NCBI RefSeq assembly: GCF_001186125.1
Contig: NW_014040357.1
Coordinates: 15,623-53,194, forward strand
Reading direction: 5' to 3'
Length of the DNA: 37,572 bases
DNA from: Sphaeroforma arctica JP610
Lineage: Eukaryota
The notes beneath the pieces are model-generated. The model searched no databases and was not told where the DNA came from. It was given only the letters and a program-made list of their open reading frames with translations. The stretch's first letter is position 1, and each line of letters starts with the position of its first letter. Below, in pieces: positions 18,677 to 30,329 of the stretch. Position numbers and translations under genes: made by a program.

Positions 18677-20223
18677 TGCCAACCGATGATCTTGATAAGC
18701 TAGCCGCGGATACGAGTGCAGATAGTGTTGTTTTTTATTGGGATTTGACGGCAAGGGGAGAAAGTAAAGAACACGCAGGAGACTCGACACTATTATATAC
18801 TACACATAACGACCAGGATATACCTGCAGATGGCAAAAACAACTTGCTAAGGGAGAGTCATCTGCAGGTCACTCATTTAGTGATAAGTCTGCACCACGTA
18901 ATACCACCTCCACCTCCACCTCTACCTCATCGAGCTCCAGCGGTAACGAACTGCTGCCAGAGTAAGGACAAGTCAACGACACTTATTCCAGGATGTAAAT
19001 CAGCAAACACAAGGTTCACAATCGGTGCAACAACGCAGTAACGTGTCGAAGCCACGTGTTTGTGGGACTTGCGGAGAGGTGGGTCATCATGGGGGAAAGT
19101 CTCGCACATATGTACGGAAAAGGGGGACTCTTCTAACGGCCTCGGAACGCAAACATTGGTGGAATGCAGTCCATGAATTCCCACCAAACTTCCCATTCTT
19201 GCAAGTAAACGTGGCAGACGGCCCTATGTCTCCGTGCAAAGGGGGCAAATGTATAGTGATTCAAAATTTCATCTCCACAAGCCTTTGCATTTCAGATCCA
19301 ACGGCCCTCTTCCATCCTCTAGTTTCTCATCTTCAATTCTCTAATTTCTCATCTACCATGCTCCAATTTCTCACCTTCCATCCTCTGATTCATCATTCAA
19401 CGGAATGGCCTTCAATTCTCTGATGGCACATCCAACAGATCTGCCTTCCATTCTCTGATTTTACATCCAACGGATCTGCCTTTCTTTCTTATACAACGGT
19501 CCATTACACATTTCCAGTAGCATTCCGTTCATGCTGTTCAGTGAGTCTGTGAGTGCATACTAGTAATATATGCCGGTGAGACAGGGAATGACACCAATTT
19601 AACAATCGGAATGATATATGAAAAAAATATACCATACCCGTACGTCACAAGCTCTTCTTCCTTCCTTGCATACTCAATCGACAAATCTGATAAGGGTGGA
19701 AACATTAAAATAAATCATTTATGAGTATATGAGCCATGTTTATGAATTACCATTTTTTTGTTGATACATTCTTCCGACAGACAATGAATAGTACATACCT
19801 AGCTACACAAAGCCCATGTGCCACACCATGCCGGTTCATTAGTGGCACATCGTTCTTTCTCATTCAATAATGACAAATAATTTCAACGGCATATCCCTTT
19901 TATATATTTATCTCTTTCTTTAATTTGAAAGGGTGTCGGTTGCACGGTAGGTATTTATAATAATACTATTACTACTCTGTCACTCCGTTACTCTGTAACT
20001 CTCTCCGTAGGTACGACAATAAAAGCATTTGTGAGGGAGGCATACTTACTGGTCGCAGGAGAGAGTCGCAGGCATAGTGGTCGCAGTCGAGAGTCGCAGG
20101 CATAGGGATAATATTATTTATTTAATCGCAATCGAGAGTCGCAGTCATAGTGGTCGCAGTCTTAACAAATCTCTACATAATTACATAGTCATATATTTAC
20201 ATACTCACTCACTTCAGGTTGTT

Positions 20224-20653
20224 GGGCCCGTTCCATTATCCAATTTTTCGACCCCATATATCTTCGGATTATCGAATTTAAGGCACTTATTTTTCTGAAA
20301 TTCGATAATTCGAGATATCCATTCCATCAAAAAAAAATCCCATAAGTAGAGATTGAACTTTTGAAAAATAGAAAATAACTCTAAAACCCCCTATTTTGCA
20401 CGAATTATATATTTTTGAGATCTGGCGCCAGTTTGATTATTTGTCTTTTACCAAAACAAAAACCCAAAAAATACATTTATCAAATTCGACATCGAATTGC
20501 TACCGAAGTCCCTATCGAATCGAGAGGGACCTCGGTGGATATTCGCCTATTCGGTGGTCGAGTTTCCAATATCTGCCTTTCTTGACAAATATTCGACCCA
20601 AAATCGATAATTTAAAATATATACTTGAAAAAATCGATGAGGGAACGGGGCCC
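20224..20653. mobile_element. MITE-like element with imperfect ~55-bp TIRs (PIF/Harbinger-Tourist-like GGGCCC(C)GTTCC termini)
   Basis: Left GGGCCCGTTCCATTATCCAATTTTTCGA..ATTATCGAATTT versus right reverse complement GGGCCCCGTTCCCTCATCGATTTTTTCAA..ATTATCGATTTT. No clean TSD. Confidence 0.55.
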
Positions 20654-21618
20654 TATTAGTGCCGAAAACATGTCAAAACATGAGGGACATATGTAGTGTC
20701 AATATTTAGTTTGCGCTCATAGAAGTAGCCCTCGTTGTAATCGTCTAATCTCTCTAGTAGTAGAGTAGAGAGGGGCAGAGGGCTATGTTACAAAAGATGC
20801 AATACAACAGGTGGAACGCGCAAAGTATATATGTGTTTACAGCCGTCAATCGAGCGTCAGCCGCTGCAGTCAGGAAGTCAGCCCTCGACCTCCCGGCTCG
20901 GGCTCGGGGGCTCGGGGCTCAGTCCTCATGCATATGCTCACCCTCGCCCTAAAGGCCTAAACCCTAAAACCTACTTTTGATTAAAAAAACGTTTGTTTAC
21001 ATCAAGAGACCGGCTGAATAATTTTGTTTTTTATAGATTACACACAAAAAAATCAATTTCGCAAACAGCCGATCCCTCGGAAGTCGGAAGGATGAAAGTA
21101 CGATTTATATATTTTTTTTAATACTAATTAGTATGTAATTAGGCTAATATATTTTTATTTGTTTTTTAATTATTGTGGCCTATCGCCCTATCGGCGGGTC
21201 TATCATATGTAAATATATTTTTCAAAACAATGTTTTTTTTTTTTAGTAAATATGTAAAGAACCAATATATACTAAATATGAATAATGGAGTTCATTCTTC
21301 TTGGTTGAAATGAATCGTTCAAAAGCTCATGCTTCCGCTAAGTTCACCTAGAGGCACAAGTTTGTTTCTGAAAGTACAGATACAGTTGCAGAATTTTTAT
21401 TGTCAATCCAGAATATTACTTTAAGCTTTAGTGAGAAATTTTTAGGGGCTAAGCGTTTCTGCGGTCCATACAAAGATGTTGTCAAGATATTACTTTCACG
21501 AACAGATTTACCAAAGCAAAAACGAACTTAGAGATAAGGTAAGGTTGTTTATGGCTCGTTGCTATTTCGTTGTATTCACAGAGCGGTTATGATTGGTATA
21601 TTTAATAGAGATATATTT

Positions 21619-22062
21619 TTAACATTGAAGCCAGGGCCTCCATATGCAATTTCTGCCGGAATTAATGCATTCATGTAGTATGCTCGAGTCTCCCGTCGAG
21701 CAATCGCCCGCCGAGCAGCTAGCGTAAGATGTGCAATCTGTGCTACAGGACTCCCTGTTAGAAAGTTTCGTTTCGCTCAAGGATAGTCCAGTGATTATTT
21801 CTTCTGAGTTGGGTTGGTTCAAGACTTTCCTCTCATCTCTCTTGAAAAATCTAGAGTTGCTGTTTCGAAAGCTCAGCTTGACCTTTTCAACATAAGGACT
21901 CACCATATGTTTATGTCTAGCTGGCAGGTATTTCATGTAGTGACCATACTTTTTGACCCGCATGTGAACGAGCCACACATGCCTTTCTATGTTGATTCTT
22001 TTCGGTGATTTACTTTTACAGTCACCGACCAAGCAAAAATACATCGAACTGGACTTGCCCAT
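21619..22062 (-). CDS. Small intronless protein (147 aa) with an N-terminal C2H2-like zinc finger
   Basis: YFCLVGDCKSKSPKRINIERHVWLVH (C-x4-C-x12-H-x4-H). Upstream TATA motif; a paralogous N-terminus at 23483 supports coding status. Confidence 0.65.
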   Translation of the reverse strand: MGKSSSMYFCLVGDCKSKSPKRINIERHVWLVHMRVKKYGHYMKYLPARHKHMVSPYVEKVKLSFRNSNSRFFKRDERKVLNQPNSEEIITGLSLSETKLSNRESCSTDCTSYASCSAGDCSTGDSSILHECINSGRNCIWRPWLQC

Positions 22063-22122
22063 TGTTCCTGCTTGATGATTGTTGTGTTTGATGATTGTGG
22101 TGCTTGATACTTTAATCGCCAG

Positions 22123-22133
22123 GCTTATATAGA
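22123..22133 (-). promoter_or_regulatory. TATA box (TCTATATAAGC) upstream of the zinc-finger ORF
   Basis: The identical 11-mer lies at 23530-23540 upstream of the paralog; 47-61 nt from each ATG. Confidence 0.55.
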
Positions 22134-23342
22134 AATTTAAATTAGGTACATTTATAAACAGTATGTGTTTATATTTTTGTATTTGTGATTTTGTGTAGCT
22201 AAAATGAGCTCACGCCTCACAGGCTCACGGCCTCGCCTCACGCCTCTTTGATTATTTGAAGCACGCTAAGAGCTATATATTATATTACCGGAAGTATATA
22301 GAGAAATCCTAAAAGCGCCTTCAACCGGGAGGCATATTGTTTTGTAATAGCTCGTTGTTACTACTCTAGAGAGTAACTTTAACGAGGTTGAGCAGAAATT
22401 ACTAAATTAGGGAGGATAATTCGTTAGGAGCCCATACAGAGCTCTGTTATATTTTCTACGACATAAAAAATTATTACGCCTTAGATAGCTGAAGGCCTGA
22501 AGCCTGAAGAGATTGAGGGCATCCCTGAGGGCTGAGAGGCGAGGCCAGAGTCCTGAGTCCTGAGGCCTGAGGCCCGAGGGCTCACTCATCACTGGTTGGT
22601 CAGGACTCAGGAGTGAGGAGAGTCTGAGTGTGAGTGAGGACTCAGGACTTGTGAGTCTGTACTGAGTACTCTGTAGTGACTCGTTGAGTGTCGACTGTCG
22701 AGCTAGCCTCATTATGTTTCCCGCTAAAACGCAAAAAAGAAAAAAGAAAAACCGTTTACGTTCAAAGTTTCTCCTTTAAAATATTGTCCTAAGGGTTTAC
22801 AAATTGGTACATATCAAATTTGGAGAAAAAAATCCATGGTCGATTTGCCCCCGATATACTTTCAAACGCTTTTCATTTTAAGCTCCCCTTTTTGCGTTTA
22901 CGTTTAAAATTATCGCGTATAGGCAAAGTCAAAACGTATTCAGCTTAGCTGTCGAGTGTCGACTGTCGAGTGTGGAGTTGACAGTTGTCGAAATGTCGAC
23001 TGATCACGAATCGACTCACGACTCTCACGAGTCACGACTGTCGACGACGGGTGTAGACCGTAGAGTGTAGAGTGTAGACTGTAAATACATAGTGTGCAGA
23101 CTATTCACTATTGGCAGTTTGAAATATTTGTAGAGTATATGTTGGACACTTGACAAACAGTCAGACACTTTATGGTTGATAAATTGATATTTTTACTCTT
23201 AATTTATTTATTTTTACAAAAGGACGTTGTTTCACTTGTTTGACTGTTTATTTTTTGTGTTTTGTTTTACAAAAAATAAAACGACATATATATTTATTTG
23301 CAGTGGTCTTTTATTTTTGTTTTTGTTTTTTAAACAAAACAT

Positions 23343-23483
23343 TCATATGTCTATGGAATTTGTTTTTAATTTGATTGTTTTTTTTTGTCCTTGAATACCA
23401 TGTCTCTCCAGGTTAATTTTCTTTGGTGATTTGGCTGGGCACTCGCCTGCCAGGCAAAAATGCATCGAAGTGAACGTACTCAT
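23343..23483 (-). pseudogene. Truncated paralog (or first exon) of the zinc-finger-like gene
   Basis: MSTFTSMHFCLAGECPAKSPKKINLERH aligns with MGKSSSMYFCLVGDCKSKSPKRINIERH, then runs into AT-rich sequence and stops after 46 aa. Confidence 0.65.
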
Positions 23484-24749
23484 GGTGATCGAATTGATGT
23501 TTGTGAATGACAATTGCCCGATTCGTCACGCTTATATAGAGACAATCTATCTGAAGTTGGCATGCGTCAAATGACTGTGGAGTAATAATGTGTTAATATA
23601 CAGAACAGTACTTATATTTTCATCAAAAATCGAAGATAAGAAATATGTTCTTCAAGATTATTTATTCCGCTAAAATGGAAAGGACATATCTGTATACACT
23701 CGCTAGCATATTTTACCTTTTTCCTCTATCATTTGTTGGGGCAAAATATACGCCCACCACAATAAACAAAATGGGTTGTGCATATTCTTTAACACAAAAA
23801 AATCGTTCTTCTATTCGCTTTTGTTTTCTTTGTTTTGTTTTAAATAAAAGCTGACTTTCTAATTCCCAGCCTGGCAGCTATTTACCAGTTCCAGGACCCA
23901 GAATCCCAGACTCACTAAATACTATTACCGGGTCACCAATGAAGGCGGTCTAACAAATACATAAATACAAACTCAGTCTCAGAGTCGCAGAGTTGTATCA
24001 GGCTCCACAGCGGCCCCGCCCCAGGTACGGGAATGTAAGAAGAGAAATAACTACCTATTACGTCATAAAACACACCTTTTTTTAATCCTTACATATTGTT
24101 TTTATTAAAAATACCAAATAGTAGAATTCTTTGTTTGGAAATTATGTAAATATATCATAGGTCCAGACGGGACGATCGTGATGCGTGCATTCATAAAAAG
24201 AGCTTGTGTCTACTTTTATGTAGCAGCCGTGAAGGTTAGAGATTATTTCTATATACCAAGTCAGTATGTGTATCCAGGACAGATTAAATGAATTCTCGCT
24301 TGCAACTTTGACTCGTATCACATCTTAACCTCGAGTCGATTGTTCAGCATCACGGCAACTGAGTATAAAGAGAAGTGAACTTTAATCCACGTCCGTGGCT
24401 AGTCATATAGTCTGAACAGGATAAAGTAGGCTGGTATAATATATATGTCAACGACTAAAGTTGGCCGCATTAATAAATTTTTAGTTCCTTCGAACATGTA
24501 TTACCTCGCATGTATAGAACAAAATGATACAACATATTTTCAATTGACTTCGTACTGCCAGGGCTCTAAATGCTTACTCTACTCACTTCACGGTCTTTGT
24601 AATGTACCATCTACTAACTGTTAGACAAATACAACTTGATAAGAAGTGACTTTATTTGACCCACCGCTTTTGGCGGGAGTCTCGTGTGTCAACAGAAGCG
24701 GATGTTGGGCGGACCACATTTGGTTTTAGATATGTATTTATATGTGCAT

Positions 24750-24750
24750 G

Positions 24751-24839
<89 letters not shown>

Positions 24840-24840
24840 A
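24750..24840. repeat. (TA)n(TG)n microsatellite
   Basis: Directly visible. Confidence 0.95.
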
Positions 24841-25074
24841 TATGTATATTTATACATGCACATATGTGTAAATAAATACGTATATGTTTGTTAAAATAAT
24901 ACCACCACAGTGAGAATAGAATCTGTGCCCAAAAAAAAAAGCTTCATCTTAGATAAATAGTCACATATCTTTGCCATTGTGCTATTGATTTGTTGTATGA
25001 GTTCTGAAAAATAAATACACATGAACTATTTACTTTTGTGATTGGGTCGTCGGCGAGAGCGTCAAGTTTTAAGA

Positions 25075-25162
25075 GCGGTCGTAGGCGACAGCGGCAGACT
25101 TAGTGGTCGCAGGCGACAATCGCCGGTCGCAGTCGTAGTAGTCGCAGTCTTAAAAAAATCTC
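25075..25162. mobile_element. Orphan right-hand TIR related to the MULE at 12015-20173
   Basis: The reverse complement GAGATTTTTTTAAGACTGCGACTACTACGACTGCGACC resembles GAGATTTGTTAAGACTGCGACCACTATG. No partner left TIR seen in 20174-25075. Confidence 0.7.
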
Positions 25163-25959
25163 TTTTTTTAATTTTTTTCAAAAACAAAACAAATGTAATG
25201 CAAATTTTGAAATAGGCTTCTAAAATTAAATTGGGTTGGTTTTTATTGTGTGTTTTGTCAGCCTCCAGGCTCCGTTGTATTTACAGTTTTGTAATTTGTA
25301 TACATATATTTGTTTGTTTTTTTAACAAAATAAAATAAAATAAAGAAATGAAAATACTAAAAAGCCAAAAGGTCAAAGCAGAACAAAACTAAAACCCCTG
25401 TTGTATTTATTTGATATTTGAATTTATTTACTTTAAAAACAAAAACAACACGAAAAGAAATTAGTACGTACAACTGTAGTGCGCTTATTTGGAGTAAATT
25501 ATTGTACGACTTTTCTCGGAGGAAAACTGCTATATCTTCGCCGCAAATACCTCTTTTATTGTTTGTTTACTACATAAATGTATTGTCCGTGTACGACCCC
25601 ATGTACAACCTGAGTCCCCGGTACAAATTTTTTTCCGAATAAAATATTTTATCCCTTAGAAAATTTTACACATTTGCTTTAAAACATTTAATAGAAAATT
25701 TTGCATTTTTGCATTTTTACACACTCGTTTTATTACATCGACCTTTATTGTTGTTGTTCATGTTGTAGCACTTTTGTCAATTGCTTGCCCTTCTGATCTC
25801 ACGTATTAGGCCCGAAATGCTTAGTGTTTCACCATATGCATGATAGAGCTTCTCAATCGACAAACCTATCGAATTACCGCGGGCGATGAGCATCTCCATT
25901 GCCCTCCAGAAAGTTGGTCGAAAGCTATAAACTCCCTTTACACTACCTCTCTCTGCGCG

Positions 25960-26330
25960 CGTAAAAATACTCGCCGGTTTGTTCCCATTTATACCTCTCT
26001 CGTATCCAAGCGTTTACGTGGCATAAATTTAGATATCGATTTTTTTTATGAGCTCTAAGCCAGCTTTCCTACGTTGTGTAGGGAAGTCTTCTGGTCCTGG
26101 ATCTTCCGTCCCATAGGCCAACTTATTGAAGTAGTCACAAATATCTGATGGCAAGATGTCTATTAACTCAGAATATGGTATTATTTGCGTGTCAGGATAC
26201 TCTTCGTCCCAGTTTTTTTTTCTGGCCTCCAATACTCCAAAAACCGTCTCATATTCTTGACATATTCTACCATAACCTTAGCCTGCACCATCCTTATGTG
26301 AACTTGTATGCTATACTTATGAACAATACA
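25960..26330 (-). pseudogene. Crypton-like (tyrosine-recombinase transposon) N-terminal remnant
   Basis: ILPSDICDYFNKLAYGTEDPGPEDFPTQRRKAGLELIKK/SISKFMP (frameshift in an A-run) resembles the N-terminal region of stramenopile CryptonS-type proteins as I recall it. No catalytic YR motifs are visible. Confidence 0.45.
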
Positions 26331-27350
26331 TGCACATAGTGTGTTTTTGTTTTATTTTTTATTTTTACTAACTTGCAGCTTCACACGGTGTTAAATGTGC
26401 ATACGACCTTTGCGAAAAGCGTTGTTTTTTTTTTCGCGGAATTTACGCCAATGGAATATCAGGGATTTCAAAGGTCAAACAGGGTTGTACAAAAAGCTAC
26501 ATTTGTACTACCTACTATATGACTTATAAATTGATGAAAGCTGAAAATACCTTTTTGGAGTAAAAAACACCTTAACAATTTGAGTCAATTTGTTAAGGTA
26601 GTTGCAAAGTTATGTAGTGAAAAAGTAGTACAGCCAATCAGATCCAACGAATCGTCATTATACCATCGCGGATATGACCATGGTCGTACATCCGATATAG
26701 TTCTCATGTTGTAGACCCTTGAATATGGATTCTCTTATTCCCTTGGCTATAGTATTTATACCATTGCCCAAGTATCAATTATCTATGCTCACCAATAAGT
26801 ACAGCATGGTTCCTGTATTATCATTTTCTCAAGTACTACACTCAAATGTCAACTGCCTGACTTTCTCTTTTCAGGCCATATCTGCACTTATCTAAAAGTG
26901 ATTTGCTTGTAAGTTCCTTACTAAGCAAATACAATCATTGCCTTTGTCTAAAACAAGCAACTTGATTCTCTAGTCCAATCTAAAACAGTCCTATACACAA
27001 AATTTATATATATGTACACAACATGTTCAATCATATCCATATGCACTATTGTTCATGATGTCTACACCTATCCAAAGCCAGCACACTTAAATATATCATA
27101 AATTCATGCACATAAACTGTATACTTGATACAAATTAAGTGTGCCATAGATTAGCTTAAACGTAAGCTGCATACTAAGTATGCCGGAGATTCAATTCAGA
27201 CAATTAAAAATACATAAATATACATAGTTTCAGTGCATGTCTGATGTCATATTCCGACAAATATATTTTTTTTCTACCCCAAAAGTAGCCGAAATATGTA
27301 GAATTTGCTCCGAGCATCGGTGTGCGCCTTACACGCTCCTCGACAGAGAG

Positions 27351-27540
27351 TATAGAGACTAATTCTTCAGATGTTTCTTACTAAATCCTTATTATTTCGT
27401 AAAAACCCCTATTTGTAATGAATATAATATAAAGCTGCGCATAGACCCATTTTCATTTTGGGTAAAAACCCCTCTGGAAACCGTAGAATGTTTATGATGT
27501 GTTTGGTCTGTCATGTCACGGAAAGAGGTATGTTTAAGAC
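27351..27540 (-). repeat. 3' LTR of the copia element (inner boundary uncertain)
   Basis: First ~100 bp are similar to 35124-35229. No clear PPT is visible. Confidence 0.7.
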
Positions 27541-29030
27541 GTGCTAGGCTCCGTCGTGAGGAGGTAAGCAGGGTTATCATGAGTCGAAGTATGGTCGAGT
27601 TCGATCATGCCTTGGCGAACACAATCCCTTATACAGTGATGATGAATGTCTATGTGCTTAAGGCCCTTTGGAGTGCCTGTGCCTAGTGCGATTTTAATCG
27701 CGCTTTGATTATCAATGTGAAGGCAAGATGGGAGGGTTAGTTTGTAACCTAAAGCCTGCATTAGGGTTTAAATCCAGGCAATAGAACGGGTTGTCTCGGA
27801 ACCCGCAATGTTTTCTGCCTCCACAGAACTACTGAATATGGTCTTTTGTTTCTGGGAGCGCCAGAAGATTGGGGTAGAGTTGAAACAGATTAGGGTACCC
27901 GTTTGTGACTTGCGTGTGAGAGGGCAGGAGGCCCAGTCAGAGTCACTATACGAAAGGAGTGCCAAATCTATAGACTGGAGGGGGGTACGGGGGTAGCATG
28001 TAAGAGCGAAATGCATGGTACCTGCGAGATAGGGGAGAATGCGAATGCGTGCTTCGTAGTGGGAGATCAGAGGGGCAGCGGAAAAAGTAGTCAGTTGATT
28101 TAGGATACCCGCAATGTCAACCCTGGTCATGTTGGCTGCGAAGCCAAGGGCCCCAAGAAGGCTGTAAAACCTGGCAGTGCAAGGTGTGCCGGTGAGTGTG
28201 CCTTGGTGAGAAGTAGTGCCAGGGGTGGGCTTGGAAGGGGAATTTTGAATATGGAAATTATCCAGCATGCGTTGAATGTACTCATCTTGAAGAAGGAAGA
28301 TGGCGCCGTATCCATCTTGGATGACGCAGAAACCACCTACATGGTAAGCGATGCCTAGGTAGAGAGAGAGGTGTGTATAGAGCCAGTGTGTATCGGTTGT
28401 GTATTTCATCCACGTAGATTACGATAACGAGGTTGTGTGTACGATGAAATCAAATGGTTTCATCGGCTTTTGATTGTTGGAAATTGGCAGCAAGGAGCTT
28501 GGCACCGATGTCGAGACTCCAGAGGCGACCGGACTGTTTCTGTTCGTACAAGCCGCGCTTTAGTTTAAGAACATGGCGGCTGGCTAGTGGCCAAGTTCTA
28601 CGGAACCCTTCGGGGGCTGCATGTAGACTGGGAAGCCAAGTTTGTTGTACAGATAGGCAGAAGTCACATCGAAGTGGCGTACAACTTTACGCTCAAAGGC
28701 AGCCTTAGCGAAGGAAAGGCGCAGGGCAGTACAATATGCGGTCAGGGCATATGTGTCCGTGAAGCTATCGCCGTGTTGTTGCTCGTCCCCTCCAGCCACC
28801 ATGCGCGCCTTGTAGCGTGTGTGCTGACCATACTCATCATGCTTAAGAGCAAATACATATTTGCTATGTATGATGGTGGAGTTGAGAGGGATGTCGGCGA
28901 GGGGAATTACGTCCGCGAGGTCATTGCGGAGATAATTGTCTAGCTCGGTTTCTATAGCTGCAGTTCAGTAGGGCCATGAGGGCGATCGCCGAGCGGATGC
29001 AATCGACTTTGGTATAGTTGGGTCATGGAC
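27534..29030 (-). pseudogene. Copia reverse transcriptase and RNase H (frameshifted)
   Basis: PKSIASA..W; YKARMVAGG; HFDVTSAYL; VYMQPPKG; KRGLYEQKQSGRLW; IYVDE (YVDD position); YSDSDWA..RKSQTG; SSVEAE; IDNQSAI; KHIDIHHH. Confidence 0.92.
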
Positions 29031-29352
29031 TGCCGCCGCTTCGAAAATGATGGTGTCTGTACGTGTTGTAGGCGTAATCGAACTGACGGAGGGAATGTGG
29101 TGAGAATGCTTGCGTAGAAAAGCGATAGACGCCTCAGCTGAATTTGGAGGAGCTTGGGCATCGTGAAACGTGGTCGTTAAAGGAGACATCAGTGTCAAAG
29201 GGAGAGAATCGAGTTCATGAAGGGGTGTAGTGGATGGTAGAATTGGCTGAGGTGGGTCAGAAGTCAGGGGAAGTGGTGTAGTGGGGGCGGGTTGACGAGA
29301 CCGAGGGATGTTAAAAGACCGGGGAAGAGGAGGTGGTGGTGTTAGGAAAATG

Positions 29353-30077
29353 TGTAAAAGCCGGGCCTCCAGAGTAGAATCTTGCAATATAAACGTACTC
29401 TTAATAGTACGTAAAACGTACTCTTAAAGGTACGTAAACTCAGTTTTCCTTAAATGGGTTTTAACGGTTTTTTTAATTAATACTTTTTCCATTTTACATA
29501 TCAAATATTTGGACAAGGCAATTAAAAGGCCCCAGTAAAATACCAAATATAAGATTTGGTCTAGTTCTATTAATAGAACTATATTAACCTTCAAAATCTA
29601 TTTATATCTGAATACTTCGGTAGCGAGATGGCTCAACCGAACATAGGTTTCTAAAGACTGTTAGCGTTGCTTAGTTTATCCTCCGTTCAGCCAACCAGAT
29701 GTGCCAGTCTAATGAAGGCTAAGTCGGTAGTTCTTGATAAGTGGCAAGTTATTGGTAAATGCAATAACTATGGACATCAAGAGTTTTTTTGTTTTTATTC
29801 TTTTCTTTTTTTCTAAAGATAGGATTTTATGCGTCTCTCGGATTCGCCCCAACGAAACATACCATATCTATTAGAGCGACAACGAAACACTAAATAAAAT
29901 CCCTTCGGCGAAAACAGTACTGAGAGGATTATATATAGGCAATGTCTCAGCCTCACAATCCCTCAAAGTATTGCTGTTTTCACGACGCATACCTAACTTT
30001 TTAATTATACTTAGACTTAACCTAGGCGTTTAATTACTCTAAGGCGTTAATATCGCCTTGATAGACCGGATTTTACA
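29353..30077. mobile_element. 725-bp solo-LTR-like (or non-autonomous Ginger-like) insertion in the copia pol
   Basis: Termini TGTAAAAGCCGG...CCGGATTTTACA (11/12 inverted). 4-bp TSD AATG at 29349-29352 and 30078-30081. Removing it restores the copia linker frame (TPPAIFLTPPP). Confidence 0.8.
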
Positions 30078-30329
30078 AATGGCAGGGGGTGTGGTTGGTG
30101 TAGGGGGCATAGGGCTGTCAGGAGTGTGAGTGGGTGATGTGCTGGTGGTAGGGGGGACATTGCGGAGAGTTAGAGGAGCGCTGGCAGTATTGGTCGGAGG
30201 TAGGGGGTGAGAAATGCTAGTGGTGTCAGTCGAGTGTGGGTGTGTTAGAGTGGTGGAGACCGGGTGGGATGGAGTAGGAGTAGGCGAAGTGGTGGTGGTA
30301 AGTGGTATAGGACTGGCGGTAGGGATAGG

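Larger units (their letters stand above)
13855..19200 (+). pseudogene. MULE transposase pseudogene (intron-containing)
   Basis: Acidic exon 13855-14606. FAR1/WRKY-type motif CSRSG..RASIKCGCKF (~15379-15510) with HTNGC (~15753). MULE core YGGIVCMDTRHKGN..FADG..DRYHIKQN (~16634-17100) ends at an in-frame TAA. SWIM CTCKDWFNYGMPCRHILAV (~17920-17976) follows intron 17703-17913. Knuckle-like CGTCGEVGH at ~19058. Several stops and frameshifts. Confidence 0.85.
12015..20173 (+). mobile_element. Mutator-like (MULE) DNA transposon, full extent, decayed transposase
   Basis: TIRs GAGATTTGTTAAGACTGCGACCACTATG[C/A]CTGCGACTCTCGATTGCGA (48 bp, 1 mismatch) start at 12015 and end at 20173. Flanks TTCATAAT (12007-12014) and TACATAAT (20174-20181) form an 8-bp TSD with 1 mismatch. 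FAR1-, MULE- and SWIM-type motifs lie inside. Confidence 0.9.

Noticed and set aside
20945..20975. CCCTAAA-like telomeric repeat
   Set aside because: Only ~3 imperfect units, better explained as part of the stutter zone.
22407..22712. 101-aa Ser/Leu-rich ORF
   Set aside because: Translation of the stutter mosaic; no protein-like motifs.
30030..30077. Helitron 3' hairpin
   Set aside because: No CTRR terminus; TGT..ACA ends with a 4-bp TSD explain the insert better.
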